From positions 1,364,001 to 1,428,000 of the forward strand of contig CDRNST010000089.1 of the NCBI GenBank assembly GCA_977016875.1: a DNA stretch of 64,000 nucleotides, given 5' to 3'. The notes beneath the pieces are model-generated. The model worked only from the letters and a program-made list of their open reading frames with translations. It searched no databases and was not told the origin of the DNA. The stretch comes from Pavona decussata. Taxonomy: Eukaryota. Every line of letters begins with the position of its first letter. The stretch's first letter is position 1. The translations under genes were made by a program, and so were the position numbers. Shown one piece after another: positions 1 to 12,416 of the stretch.

Positions 1-3000
1 AAAAAGCATCGTAACGTTGTAAGTAGCCTCTCTTTCGTAGCCGATTCATAAATAATGTCATTAAGTATTAAGTTTCAGTAATATTGTAGAACGTGAAGAA
101 CCCTTTTTAAAAAAGCCATTTATCTAATAGAGAACCTACACTCTTACAACAAATTGACCCTACATTGTTGGAAATAGCGTCTAAATTTCAAAGCTTAGTT
201 TAAAAAGTTGAGATGGAATTATACCGTTATAAAATTTAGATTTTCTTATCGTTTATTTTCGTTTTTACATTTTTTGCGCGCCACCATTTTGGATTCTATG
301 ACTTCAAACGGATTTCCAATTATTCTACACAAGAACTTCTGCTTCCTGACAAAAGCGGCAACCTATGACGTTTTAAAATCGAAAATGAACACTAAAATGT
401 TGTCTTCGCTTTCTAAGCTAAGCTTTGAAATAATGACAATATTTCCAACAATTGAACGTCAATTTTTTTTGTAAGACTATCTTTTTTTAAGTTGGCTGTT
501 AAAATAGATTATACTAACTTTTGTTGAACATCGTTTCTTCAAAGACATGCTCTCTGAAAACTGCGGTATTATTATGTGCAGGGTTTTTCTTAACTCAGAT
601 TGTTTTAAACTTATTCTCAAGAAAAGGCTTGAAGAAGACACCTTCATAGAGCTTACTCGTAAATGACTACCATTTTAATATGTTTTCGTTCGTATTCAAA
701 TTAGCCCTTCTCCTCTTTCTTAAACTCAAAATCCAATGAGCGAGGCAAGAAGGGCTAATTCGAGTGCAAGCAAAAGAATATTAAAATGACGGCCATTTTG
801 GCATAAGGTTTATTTAAACAGGGTAAAGTACACAAAGTATACAGAAATTTATAATATTCAATATAATGAGATTAGATAAAAGGCAATGCAAATACTTTGC
901 AGAGCGGCTAAATGTACTTGGAAAACTGAACAGTGCTTCACTTAACACCGCCTTGTATATCTTTAGCGACGTGCACAAATAATTTAATAAGAGGCTTCTC
1001 GCCATCCTTTGTATAGTATCTACAGTTTCAACACGCGTTACATAAAGAAGTATAACAAAGACACTTTGACTACTATATGGAATATGGTGATAATGGTACA
1101 GAGACCTGGTATACGTAACTACTAGTCACAGATCTTGAATACGTGCACGCATGCATGCATGCATGCATCCATCTATTCATCCAAAGACCAGTCAAGCCAA
1201 CGAACCAACGCGACAACCAACCAAACCAGCCAGTCATCCATCCGTCCATTCAAAGGCTCATCAAACGCGTAGACGTAGCTGACTCCCCTTACCAGAAGCT
1301 CTGCGAGGGTAGACTGACATGCCGACAAATGTCAGCTCGGACTTTTACAAATAGGCACAACTTAACGTCATTCCGAATTACGAGGACATATATCTTTTGC
1401 CTTTATTTTGTCTTAGAAATCTTCAGGAAAACAAGTTAAAAAGAATTCAAAAGCCCATGTTCGAGGGTCTAGTTTGGTTGAGAGATCTGTAAGTAAATCG
1501 TTTCATTGTCTGGATCGGTATGACTTCTTTTTGGTGCACTTCTCTTCTTCACAACAGTTGACAAGCTTTTGCGTTAATGGCTAACACTTCCATTTTCTGT
1601 TTCGCTTTTCAGGTTTCTTGCAGAAAACTTCATTTCTCAAATTGACGAGGACGCTTTTGTTGGGCTTCATCAATTAAGATATTTGTAAACTTTATTTTTC
1701 TGGAACAGTCTGATAAAAGTTAAATAGGATTGATCGATATATGAATGAGAATAATTTTCGTATAGTTTCACTTGGTCAAGTTTCGTTCCTTAAATCTAAA
1801 AGGGAACTCAAGGTAAACCAATACACTGGAGAAAAAACATCTGCTGAGCCACTTAGAATAGTAGCCGGGTCATACACCTCCCTACGGTAAAATTGATATG
1901 TTGCTCTAACAGGAACGTACGCAAGATTATGTCTTCATGAAAATATCCAGCCGTATTGTCAATTTTCTTTGAATTCCTTTCATGGATAAGCATTTGGTTA
2001 CGTAGAAACATAAGTGACTAGTAATAATTTAATATTACAATTTTAATTACGATTTTAAATTTTTTTTCTTTGTTTATTTGGAACCAGAGATTTAACAGGA
2101 AACTTATTGCGAAAGATAAAAAATAAAGCATTGGGCCATTTGACGGATTTATCTTTTCTGTAAGTAAACAACTTAGTTATTGATCATGACACTTTTTTGC
2201 AATTTATTCCTTTTTTAAAATTGTTCATGCGCATCAGAGAGAATAATCTGTTTGGACGACACTGAACCTCAAACTATTGTTTCCAAAACCAAGAAGTACG
2301 AAGAAGTTCCAAAAAACTCATCAATGAAATGCTTCAATTCAAAAAGCGTTATCAATTTTATTTTAGCTTATAACAATGCTGGACGCGCTGCTAAAGTTGT
2401 TTAACATCACGCATAACATTTGTTAAAATTTGGTCGAAATGTTTGAAGACCAGCAAAACATTCATCCAACCAAAAATATTGTTCAAACATTATCTAACAT
2501 GGGCAGCTAAACGTCTCGATGACAAAATGAATAGTGCTGTGCCCCGTTTCCCCAGTTCACCGAAAAAGCTTGTTCCTGGGGTCTTTGCATTTCACTTCAG
2601 TAGAAAAAATCATGCAAAGCCCCTTTTGCTCGAACATTCCAACATGTTAAAAAAAACTTATCGTCCAACCCCCTCCAAAACTGTTATTTCCGTAAAGATC
2701 GCTGAGAAACAATGGACTGGATCTAGGAAATTCTTCTGTTCCAGACGACAACAAGTTATCAGCAGTAATAACATTGTAAGTAATCCTGTTTAATTGTTAT
2801 TGCTTTTTGTTTTGGATTTATGACTAGCCAGAGAGGACGTCCTTCAGTTTTTCACTTCGAATAAAAGGAAAAAGTGAAAATATTGAGTCGAAATCAGTGT
2901 TAAATCTTTTTCAACGTATTTTTTGGGGGTGAGGTTATAAAAAACCTCAAGATTCATTTATCCCCCTGACTCGACTTTTTACACACATCTCATCCTTAAA

Positions 3001-5960
3001 ATGATGTAGTTTATTGTAATTTGCAGTAGTTTTTTTTGTGTATAAAGTGTCAAGATAGTAATTTGTTATGAGTCTAATAAATGTCCAAGTACGCATGCAT
3101 TTGTCAATGACTGAAAAATTACCTCAATCATTTCACGGCACCAGACTTAAACATAACATCACATTTCATTCACAAGAGATGCTTCGTTTGTCAGTCTAAT
3201 CAGGTGAAATTAGTAGACGTGAACCTATTTTAATGCAATAGGTCATTTTCCAGTTGCTGTGAACCTCAATATGAAAGCGAGGCTCAGTGCAAAGCTTTTC
3301 ATACGAAGATTAGTTTTGTTTGCGTTTTAATGAAAACTAGACTTAACACTTAGCCTCGCTTTGACAATGAGGTCCAAAGCAACTCGGAAATGGCCTATTC
3401 ATCTGAAGTAGGATGTGAAAGAGGGTACAGTCACAAAACGCTGTTGATCATAATTTTGATATGATTACCAACTTTTTTCCAGAGATCTTTTTGGTAATCG
3501 CATAAAACGAATAGAACGAGACATTTTCTCCACGATGCACTTTTTAGACCTGCTGTGAGTGTAATTACATTTTTAACATCACAGACTAAAGTTAAAGGGA
3601 CTGTTAACACAGGAGGGAGGCTGGGAAGAAATAGAGACATTTGTACATTTTTACGAGCTAGCCGGGAATACAATAAAACGAGTACAGGAATGGACTTGTG
3701 TTCGCTTGGTCACTCAGCTGTAAACTACCTGGGGATTTGATCCAGTAACTTATTGAAAAAGGACAGCGGACTCAAATGAGCACATAAAGGTGTCACGAAA
3801 TAATTACTTGTTTAAGTGAGCACGTTTTAATGGTATGCATGAAAGTTTCAAGACGCTCTACAGCATCCTTTTTAAACTATGAACTCACGCTCTATTTGTT
3901 GTTAGGGGGTAAAATTTACTGGTATGCGTGGAAGCTTTAAGGACGATAATTTCGAATGAGACATTACCATTGCCGGATATGGCGTCCGCATCAAAGAGTA
4001 TTTGAGCCATCACGGTAACGATCCAGCAGAGCTTCTTTTAAGAAGGTCTTCTGGACGTTAAAACATTATTTTAGAGGGCGGAAATGATCCGAATGGAATG
4101 TATAGTTAAGAGAGTGATTTGGATCGTCATTTCAAAAATGAGAACGAGTTAAGAATCTAGGTAAGCAGCAGTAAACTTTCACACAAGACGTCGCTTCGCA
4201 GCTGCCACGCAACCGAGCAAATGGTCTTGAAATGCAATGAAATACGATTCAGATCGCTTGCCACGTTAGAAACTTTGCTTATTTCACGAAATAAATCTTC
4301 GAATTTATATTTGGCAGCGTAGAGCTCAAACTTTGTGATTGAAAACATCTTTTTTGAGCGTCAGAGTAAAATAATCTAGTTCAAGCACTCGTAAATATCG
4401 AGTTACGGCTGGCGTCCTCGTTTTGTATTCGATTTTCATCATTATTATTCAGAAAGGAACTTATTCCACATCTGCCCTTTTTCATCCAGATTTGCAGGAT
4501 ATGTTGCCATTCTATTTTGCAAGTCTCCCAAAATAATTAATGAACATTGACCTATTACTTAAAGGGTATTTCACACAAAAAATTAAATTGCTTCGTTAAA
4601 AAGGCCTTGTACCTATACGTATTTAGTTGTACCGTTTTATTAATAACCACAAAACAAAATACATGATTTCTCATATTAATCATTTTCTGTACAACAATCC
4701 CCTTATTACAAGAAATGGATGCAAAACAAACATATGACGCCCAAATACAACGACCACATTTATACACTAGTTTATATCCTCTGCATTCACGAGTTGCTCA
4801 TAAGAGCCTATTTTAAATTTAAGGGAGACTTAAAGATTTCTTGTGTACTTTAGGGAGAGGTTGTGTTGTATTTGTGTACCTAATATGCTGCAGTGACAAC
4901 ATAGGAGAATTTTTGAAGAGCACGTACCACAACATTTTGTATTCTAGTTTTTAAACCGCCTGTTTATTACAGTTTTTTAGCACAAAAATCATAAATCTTA
5001 ATCAATGAAACTGTTAGGGTGTATAGCATGTCCAAATCTAACGTGAATAAAATATGACGGTGACGTCATTTGTTCCATGCAGACGCCATCTTGAATCCGC
5101 CATCTTGGATTTCTTGGTTCTCCATTACCTCGCTAAACCGTCCAAATGTTTGGTGTTATATATTAAAATTTGTCCCTTTGTGCTTTGTGGCAATCAATAC
5201 AAAGAACTCAATACCCAGAATCAGCCAGTTTTCTTGATTATCTTTCCTTTTTTGCAGGTCTTTATCTCTCAATCAAATCACGTATATTGATGAGGAGGCT
5301 TTCCAGTACAATTTCTTCCTCAAATACATGTAAGATAATACAGACACAGAGTGCTGAAATAATACAGATTAATTGCTTAATACAGGTTAGAATGTTTTAT
5401 AGAGACATTCCACGAAAGACGATTTCAGGGAAATGGAAGAAGACCGGCAAAATGATTTTACTGCTTTCAATACCTTTTAGTCTTCCCGATTTGCTAAATG
5501 CACTTTCAGCATTTTATTACCAATATGATCACAGTTAGAATGATTTCATTTTACTTAGTGGTCGCTTGATACAGGTCAAGCTTAAAACTTTTTACATCAC
5601 AAAAGGTGACCTTGCCCCTTCCGTAGATGTGAAAGCTTACAACAAAGTAAGAGAGGAATTGTCCAAGACAGTTCACTTAGAAGATGGTCATTGCTTCAAC
5701 GGGGCCCTGTAAAAGAATTCAAGCCTCATTTTTTAGTGGTTTCTTCAGGTGGCAATTTGCATGCTTGTGAGGGCATTTTTGGGTACCCGTTTTCCAAAAC
5801 AGGCTTTCCGGACCTTTTGGGTGTCGCATTTGAACCTGGTGCACCAAGAACGCCTGAGATAAAATGGGTTATAAAAATAAGCTTCACAGGCTTTTTCGGT
5901 AATGCTTTAGAACACAGCCTTACCTTTGAAATTATGTACAGAACAAGACCTTGGACGTTA

Positions 5961-5991
<31 letters not shown>

Positions 5992-8900
5992 AGGAAAGAA
6001 AAAATGACCTTTTTTCCTGTAACTTCCCAATTCCGGGTAACTATCAATTAACGCATTGCCTTATAAATTTTATAGTTGTTTCAGTTGTTATACTCAAAAC
6101 ACAGAGCGAATGTATTTTCTTTTTCTAATTTTATATTCATTAGATTTCTGGATGGAAATCGCATTCGTAGAATCAACAGACGTCATTTCTCTTGGCTGGG
6201 TGCAAAAGAGCTTGAGATTCTGTATGTACCATGATATACACAGTGGTTTATATATCTGAAGACAAGCTAACAATGTGAAATGCCTCAGAAGAGAAAGGCT
6301 CTATGATGTTGACCTTTAGAGTGGGTTTCCCTTGAGTGCAGGAAAACCAAAACCAAAGTAATTACTCTGGTCAATCACAACAGACGCAAACAATGACTCG
6401 AAGCAAATACTGTAACCGGTCCGTGGCGAGGGAAAACGCGTGCGAGCAAGTCATGGTTGACATTGGTTTGGTTCCCCCATCTGTTGAGAAAGTGCCGCGA
6501 GTTTTTCTTATAAATCACAGAGCGTGTTTTCGACACTCAATTGAAAACCACTCTATTAACCATACACAAACACTTAATAACGAAGTCAGTAGACACATAT
6601 TTCTACAATTTAAACGAAAAGCTACATATGTAATTAGGTCCCTAACTGCTTATGGTCATGTAATTTACATTGTATTATATAAAGGGAGCATCCGAAATGA
6701 AAACAGAATGTGGCCGAAGTGCATGGTTAAGTTGAGACATCTGATGTGAGTTACTGTGACTCATTAAGTGTTGCTCATCGCCTGTTTTTCAAAATAACAA
6801 ATGGATCGCCGCCATTTTGAATACACTAGAAGGCCCTGGGACACAAATTTCGTAGCCGCAAATAGCACAAGAAGAAAGTTAATGCTAACCAGCTTTTATT
6901 TGAATGCTCACACTTTTAACTTTTTACCCTATGTAGACCCCCCGTGGGGAGAAGGGGGAAGATATTCTGTCCGCGCCGACTTTAAACGTTTTGAGCACAG
7001 GCCATCAAACCTTGTGACCTTTTGAGAAATTTATCTGGGAAAATTTCCATGCGATAGATCAGTGGTCACTGAATTTGATGTTACCATATCAAACAAATTT
7101 TGAGGGGAAGTGTTTTAGAATTAGTAATATTCGTGTTTTTAATGACGAAAAATTAACTATCTTACAGTAATTTCCATGTTCTTAGATCAGATAAGTGTTT
7201 TTACTTTGGCTTTTGATTGCGTTTGATCAATTTTCGTGGTTTCTGACGTTTTGGGGTAATTCAGAAATCCAAGATGGCGGATCCAAGATGGCCGACGTTT
7301 GGAAATGATGGCGTAATTTCTACGTAATATGACGCCTTCAATTCCCACTGTGGGAAACATCATTGGGAAACATCATTGGGGTACTATCTATGCTCCCTTC
7401 CCCCACCCTCTCCTCCACACCACCCCCAGCCACTGAAGACGACAAAGATCCCGGTCTAGATAGGGGTAAAAAAGTAAGTTCATCTATGACGCCAGACTTC
7501 ACTGCATGAGGAAAAAAGATTAACAACTAATGCATTGCTCTGCAGTACTCTTTCAGGAAATCCACTCCGGGTGATCGAAGAAGGTGCTTTCGACAGATGT
7601 CAGAACCTGGCGACCTTGTAACTATGTGCTTTGCTCCTTCTTGAACTTGGTTATATCGGATGCAATTTTAATTAATTCAAACGTTAGGTCTTATCCACTT
7701 AGTTGAGTCCAAGGATTCGCCCTGGCGAAGGGCTAGCGCTCGAAAGGTCAGCTCTCGAAACTCTTTACAAGTGAACAAATATTCGTTTCCACTTCCCATA
7801 AACGCTGCACCACAGTTTCTATAAGAGCTAGGACTTTAAAACAATGTGATAATCACACCAGAGATTCTGGGAAAATGTAACCGCGATACCTTAACCACTT
7901 TGTGTTTTTGGATTTCAGATTAATGGTAAACACAGAAATAAAGACAATACAGTTGAGGACATATTCGGCCTTGCCAAGCCTGCAAGAAGTTTTCATGTAC
8001 GCTTATCGAATTATAACGATGTAGAATGGACCTTGTTTTGTTATTTACAATTAGAAAGATAATAACGCGAGATTAAATACCGTGTGCCATTCTCTTTCTT
8101 ACAGTTGGTCTTTTAAAGAAGTCGGTTTCAGCCCGGTTCTATTACAGACACGTTCAAATTCAGTAGCCGGCTTATGCTTAAGCTCTATTCTATTTTTATG
8201 ACAAATCAGTATGAGAAAACTGATTTTAATTTACAGCTTACCTTCACTTGCGAAGTCGATTCCTGTCTTTGTGCCAACACCAGTTAATGTATATCTGGAA
8301 GAAACTGGTTACACGTGCCTATCCGATGACCACTGGCAAAACTACTACGCATGCTCACCATGCAGCTATGGTACTTATAAGACTGAGGAGGGATGCACTC
8401 CTTGTCCTCCAGGTAAAATAGCGGTGATTAAACTAATCGCCCACGGGTACGTTATAATTATACATCTTGGTTCACTTCTTAGTGGTCTCTGCAAATAACA
8501 TGTGCTAATTGCATTGGACAATGGAACCCTGTGTTTAATCGGCTGCAGAGAGTACATAGTTCATTCTGATCAGTGGCTACGATTATCATGATGACGCATT
8601 CATGCGCGGTGCACTACTGGGTTTCCTTAAAACAGTGAATTTGACGAGGCATCAAGACATTTTATGATAAAAATGATTTGCAAAACATGACAAGAACAAT
8701 GAATCACAGATGAGATTGTTTTGGATATTGCAAAACGAGTACACCAATAACTGCTTAGAAATGACCAAAGCTACCTATTAGGGTGCAAGTGTTCAAGTTT
8801 CAAGTCAAGTTTACTGTGTAGATACGCTAAGCTTTAGTGAGACAGCTCACCAGCTAGTTTTCAGATATTAAGCACGAAAATAAATTTAAAACAACTAAAC

Positions 8901-11900
8901 ATCGTGGCTATACACAAGTAACTAGAATAACAAAGAAGCTATAAAAACGAGCACTTACGTTGTGCCCCAGTCAGGTTGTCTCTTGTACACATGAGATTGG
9001 CCCTGATAATCACTGGATTTTAGTTGCTCTCACAAAAATTCAGTGTGATATTTGTTTCCTTCACAGTATCATGCTGGCCACTTTCGTCACAGCGCATGAA
9101 TTTAGTCGGTAATATACAAGGCATACGCCACATACGAGACTAGTAAATGACGTACCTAGTTCAATCAACTAGGTGAGTCCTTCATAATAGGCCATTTCCG
9201 AGTTGCTGAGAACCTCACTATGAAAGCGAGGCTAAGTGCAAAACTTCTCATATGAAAATTTGTTTTGTTTGCATATGAATGACAACTAATTTTCATAACA
9301 AAAACTTTGCACTTAGCCTCGCTTTCATAATGAGGTTCAAAGTAACTCGGAAATGGTCTATTGATGACACATCGATACAAACATTAGGGAGTCTTTCCTA
9401 GAAATTAACCCGGCAGAGGGTTATGAAACTATTGCATAATATCAAAAGTGATTTTCCATTCCAGGCGGTTTTTATCAGGACACCTTGGCGCAAGAAGGAA
9501 TAATTGCGCATGGTACGGGCTGCAAGGAGTGTCCTCCAGGTACCTATGTTGATCCTCTAAGAGCTCCTGGCAAAGCAGAGTCAGATTGTTCAGCTTGTCC
9601 TAAAGGTATAATTTCTTTGTTTAATAAATAAAACCATTTTGCTCCTCAAGATCCTCCCGTTCATGATGGTAACCAGCGTGATTATAAGGTGTCCGTTGGC
9701 TTTGTTTACGATATTGAACCATTTCTCCTGTTTTAACAGTTTACTTATTTCAATTTTTCTAACGACTAAATATCTCGCCAAAGGCCACTAATTTTGTAAC
9801 CTATCTTCTTAATCCAATCAAATACGTGCAAAAAAGTTACAAATGGTTTAACATCTTTCGACAGGTACAAACCTAAGAGTTTTTGCGGGCTTCAGAGCAT
9901 GCTTCTGTCTCCATGGTAACTATCGCCTGGACCGATTCGGTGAATGCCTGGCCTGTCTTCGAGGGTACAAATGTGGTAACGGCACCGTTACTTTAGCCAG
10001 AGGCTTTTACTGGAAGTGGTCTCATCACAAGACAAAAGAACTGTATACTCGGTTCAAAGACAGCCTGCAGATAACTGATAATTCATACAATAAAAGGTTG
10101 ACGAAATACCCAAATTTTTTGCCTTTGGCGTACGCGTGTCCAGTTGTTGAGTCATGCCTTGGAACCATGGACTCGACTTGTTCCCAGGGCTACGAAGGTC
10201 CTCTCTGCGGTGTATGCGCTGAGGGATATTTCAAGTTGTTAACCAAATGCCAGAAATGTCCATCATTACCTTGGATCGTTGCTCAATTCCTTGTGGCCAT
10301 TATCCTCGTATTCCTTGTCACATTTCTGTCGCTCAGGGATAAGAAGAAGGAGGCAAACACTCAAAGATCTGTGGCAGACGTTTTACTTGCAAGGTTCAAG
10401 ATAGTTATCAGCTTCTATCAAGTCACTTCCGGGACATTGAACGCTTTCTCGTACGTCGAGTGGCCTGAGACAATGGCAAGTATCGGCAAGTACACGGGAA
10501 TGCTGCAACTCAATCTTTTCCAAATCGTCCCCATCCACTGCTTGAACAACTCGGCAAAAGTCGACGCTTACTCCACATTGCTTATGTTTGTTGCTGTCAA
10601 CGTCTTGGCAGTAGCCATTCCAGCATTTTTCTTTCAATGTAAAAAGATCATCGTCAATCGACGAGATGAGATGCCTCTTGGGAAGAAACGTGAAGTCCTA
10701 AAGCTCACAAAGGAGCGTTCCTATCGCGCTGCGTTTCTGGTGCTTTTCATCACATACCCATCAACGTGCATCCAGATCTTCAGAATGCTCCCTCAGACGT
10801 GCCAAGAGATTTGTAGCGAGGACCAGAATGCTGGCTGTTAGTCCTTCCTCCAAGCAGACTTCTCTGTAAAGTGCCATGATGAGAAATACAATCATTTCGT
10901 AAAATTTTCGTACGTCCTCACCGCCTACCCAGTTGCCTTTCCACTGGTGACTCTTCTGGTCTTATGGAGGTGCCTTTCCAAATCAAAAGAACCAAGTAAT
11001 CGAAACGAGCTTCATTCCGCTTTGGCCAGGGGGTTGAGATTCTTCTACGAAAACTATTCGGACAATTGTTGGTTCTGGGAGATTGTGGAACTGGCGCGCA
11101 AGGTGCTGTTGACTTCAGCACTTTTACTTGCGGATGCCCAGAGTCGTACATACATTGGTTCGGCGGCTATTGTGTCTGGACTTTACACAATATTGTTTGC
11201 ATGGTACAAGCCTATAAAGGACTCCTCTGAGCACTGGTTACAGCTGATTTCACTCATGGCATCCTCTGTCAACTTTACAGTTGGAATGTTGCTCAAAGTA
11301 AGATTCTGATTTAGTATCACGGATTTAAAATATCAGGAGATTGACCTTTTGCAGTGACTAAATTAGTTTATTGGTTTTCATGTGCGTTGATGTGACGATA
11401 GCTTTCAGTTTAACGATAGGTCTGTTTAGATCTTCGACTCTGAGACATACTCCGAGATTAAATCAAAAAAACTTTTTCTAGGGTATTTTCTAGGGTATAT
11501 TTGGGACTATCTGAAGATAACCACTCAGGTTAGCCATTCACAGTTTCTTATTTCGACTCTTTCAGACAAGTACGCTAGCGTCGTTTCGGGCAACCTTCGA
11601 AACGAGGTTACGTACTACTTTCATCAGAATAACCTCCTCGGTCTCAGCCACTAATTTGTTCTGCTGTTTTAAAACCTTTATTTGTCTTGGTTGTTTGTTT
11701 CTTTTTTTTTTACAGATTCCAGACGAAGTTATCTCCTCAGCGGGTGACAAAGAAGTGGATAAGATAATGATTACTGTTTTGCTCGTAACGGCCAACATAA
11801 TGGTTATCGCCGTAGTGGCAGGTACAAATATTACGACAAATCAACCTTTAATAAATAATTGTCGTCCAGCATATTTTTTCTAAATGGTAGGTTAAAAATA

Positions 11901-12416
11901 GGCTGGGGAATTCGATAGGGATCGACATCCAGATAAATTTAGCTACACCAAACTATGTCATTGTTAAACTGTGCTCCCAATTTTAGTCTAACGTATTTAC
12001 TCGAAAAAGCGATGTAGTGCTGATTAACGACGGTGTCTCCTAGTTCACGAATCCCTTCTTAGATGTATCCCAAGTATTGCTTCAATAGCCTGTTGTCATC
12101 CACCGATGTTTAATCTGTACTTTTCTTCTTCACAGTGCAGTATTTAGTGAACCTTGGTCGGATGCTGTGGGAGTGGCGTCAGAACCCTCAGTGCAGTGTA
12201 GACTGCTGCTTGTCACTTGTACTCACACTGCAAGACATCGGCAGTACGGCAACCACGGATCAACAACCTGAGCTCAACCAAGGAACATTTGAAGAAAGCT
12301 TTGATATGTCAGAATTGGGGGAAGCTGATGATAAAGTGGAACAGGAAGGTGCAGCGAAGAGGAAAGACGCCATCAAACGCGGTCACATGAATCGGAACTC
12401 ATCCGCGTTGACATAA
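1..12416 (+). CDS. LRR + Cys-rich repeat + ~9-TM receptor-like membrane protein; 5'-incomplete; one in-frame TAG at 10839-10841 (possible null allele or young pseudogene)
   Basis: Phase-consistent AG/GT exons: <1-18, 1417-1488, 1613-1684, 2088-2159, 2698-2775, 3483-3554, 5258-5329, 6144-6221, 7546-7617, 7919-7996, 8237-8412, 9465-9605, 9865-11297, 11716-11821, 12136-12416. The 72/78-nt exons each encode one LRR (e.g. FLAENFISQIDEDAFVGLHQLRYL, TLSGNPLRVIEEGAFDRCQNLATL). They are followed by CSPCSYGTY/CTPCPPGGFY/CKECPPGTY repeats, CSQGYEGPLCGVCAEGYF, and a multipass region containing GLRFFYENYSDNCWFWEIVELARK. ORFs 10098..10841 and 10947..11309 are in the same frame, separated only by the TAG. 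Confidence 0.88.
646..813. mobile_element. Palindromic MITE-like element
   Basis: Imperfect inverted arms: cattttaatat...caaattagcccttct and agaagggctaattcg...atattaaaatg. Confidence 0.6.
1143..1250. repeat. Degenerate tetranucleotide repeats (ATGC)n/(CCAA)n/(ATCC)n
   Basis: Directly visible; explains spurious ORF 1143..1439. Confidence 0.75.
3237..3399. mobile_element. MITE, copy 1 of a family (TA TSD, GGYC...GRCC ends)
   Basis: aataggtcattttccagttgc...gcaactcggaaatggcctatt TIRs; clearly homologous to 9186..9362. Confidence 0.8.
6317..6555. mobile_element. MITE (tagagtgggttt...aaaaccactcta)
   Basis: Terminal inverted repeats; a related partial copy ends at ~55097 (acactcaattgaaaaccgctc). 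Confidence 0.7.
6923..7470. mobile_element. Non-autonomous piggyBac-like DNA element
   Basis: tttaCCCTatgtagacc...ggtctagatAGGGgtaaa TIRs with TTAA-like flanks. Its internal segment (aatccaagatggcggatccaagatggc) matches ~5085-5112 in inverted orientation. Confidence 0.55.
7715..7753 (+). ncRNA. Decayed minimal type-I hammerhead ribozyme motif of a Penelope-like repeat
   Basis: gcc-CTGGCGA-agggc-tagc-gctc-GAAAG-GTC-agct versus the core CUGANGA-helixII-GAAA-NUH; the core is mutated. Confidence 0.55.
9186..9362. mobile_element. MITE, copy 2 of the 3237..3399 family
   Basis: aataggccatttccgagtt...aactcggaaatggtctatt; almost fully palindromic (atgaaagcgaggctaagtgcaaa / tttgcacttagcctcgctttcat). 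Confidence 0.85.

Noticed and set aside
3733-3790. LRR-like ghost (gatttgatccagtaacttattgaaaaag, resembling DLxxNLL)
   Set aside because: It needs a frameshift, has stops and lacks splice sites; too weak to call even a pseudo-exon.
8105-8170. Extra exon after the acceptor-like tctctttcttacAG at 8104
   Set aside because: No phase-2 GT donor follows, and exon 7919-7996 joins 8237 in frame without it.
10800-10860. An intron that removes the TAG, or selenocysteine recoding
   Set aside because: The AG of TAG lacks a pyrimidine tract, there is no nearby in-phase donor, and flanking residues look conserved and contiguous. Selenocysteine requires TGA, not TAG.
11570-11630. - strand CTGATGA...GAAAC with an internal hairpin, as a hammerhead or SECIS
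   Set aside because: Helix I and the base of helix II do not pair. It is antisense within an intron and no in-frame TGA gene is present.
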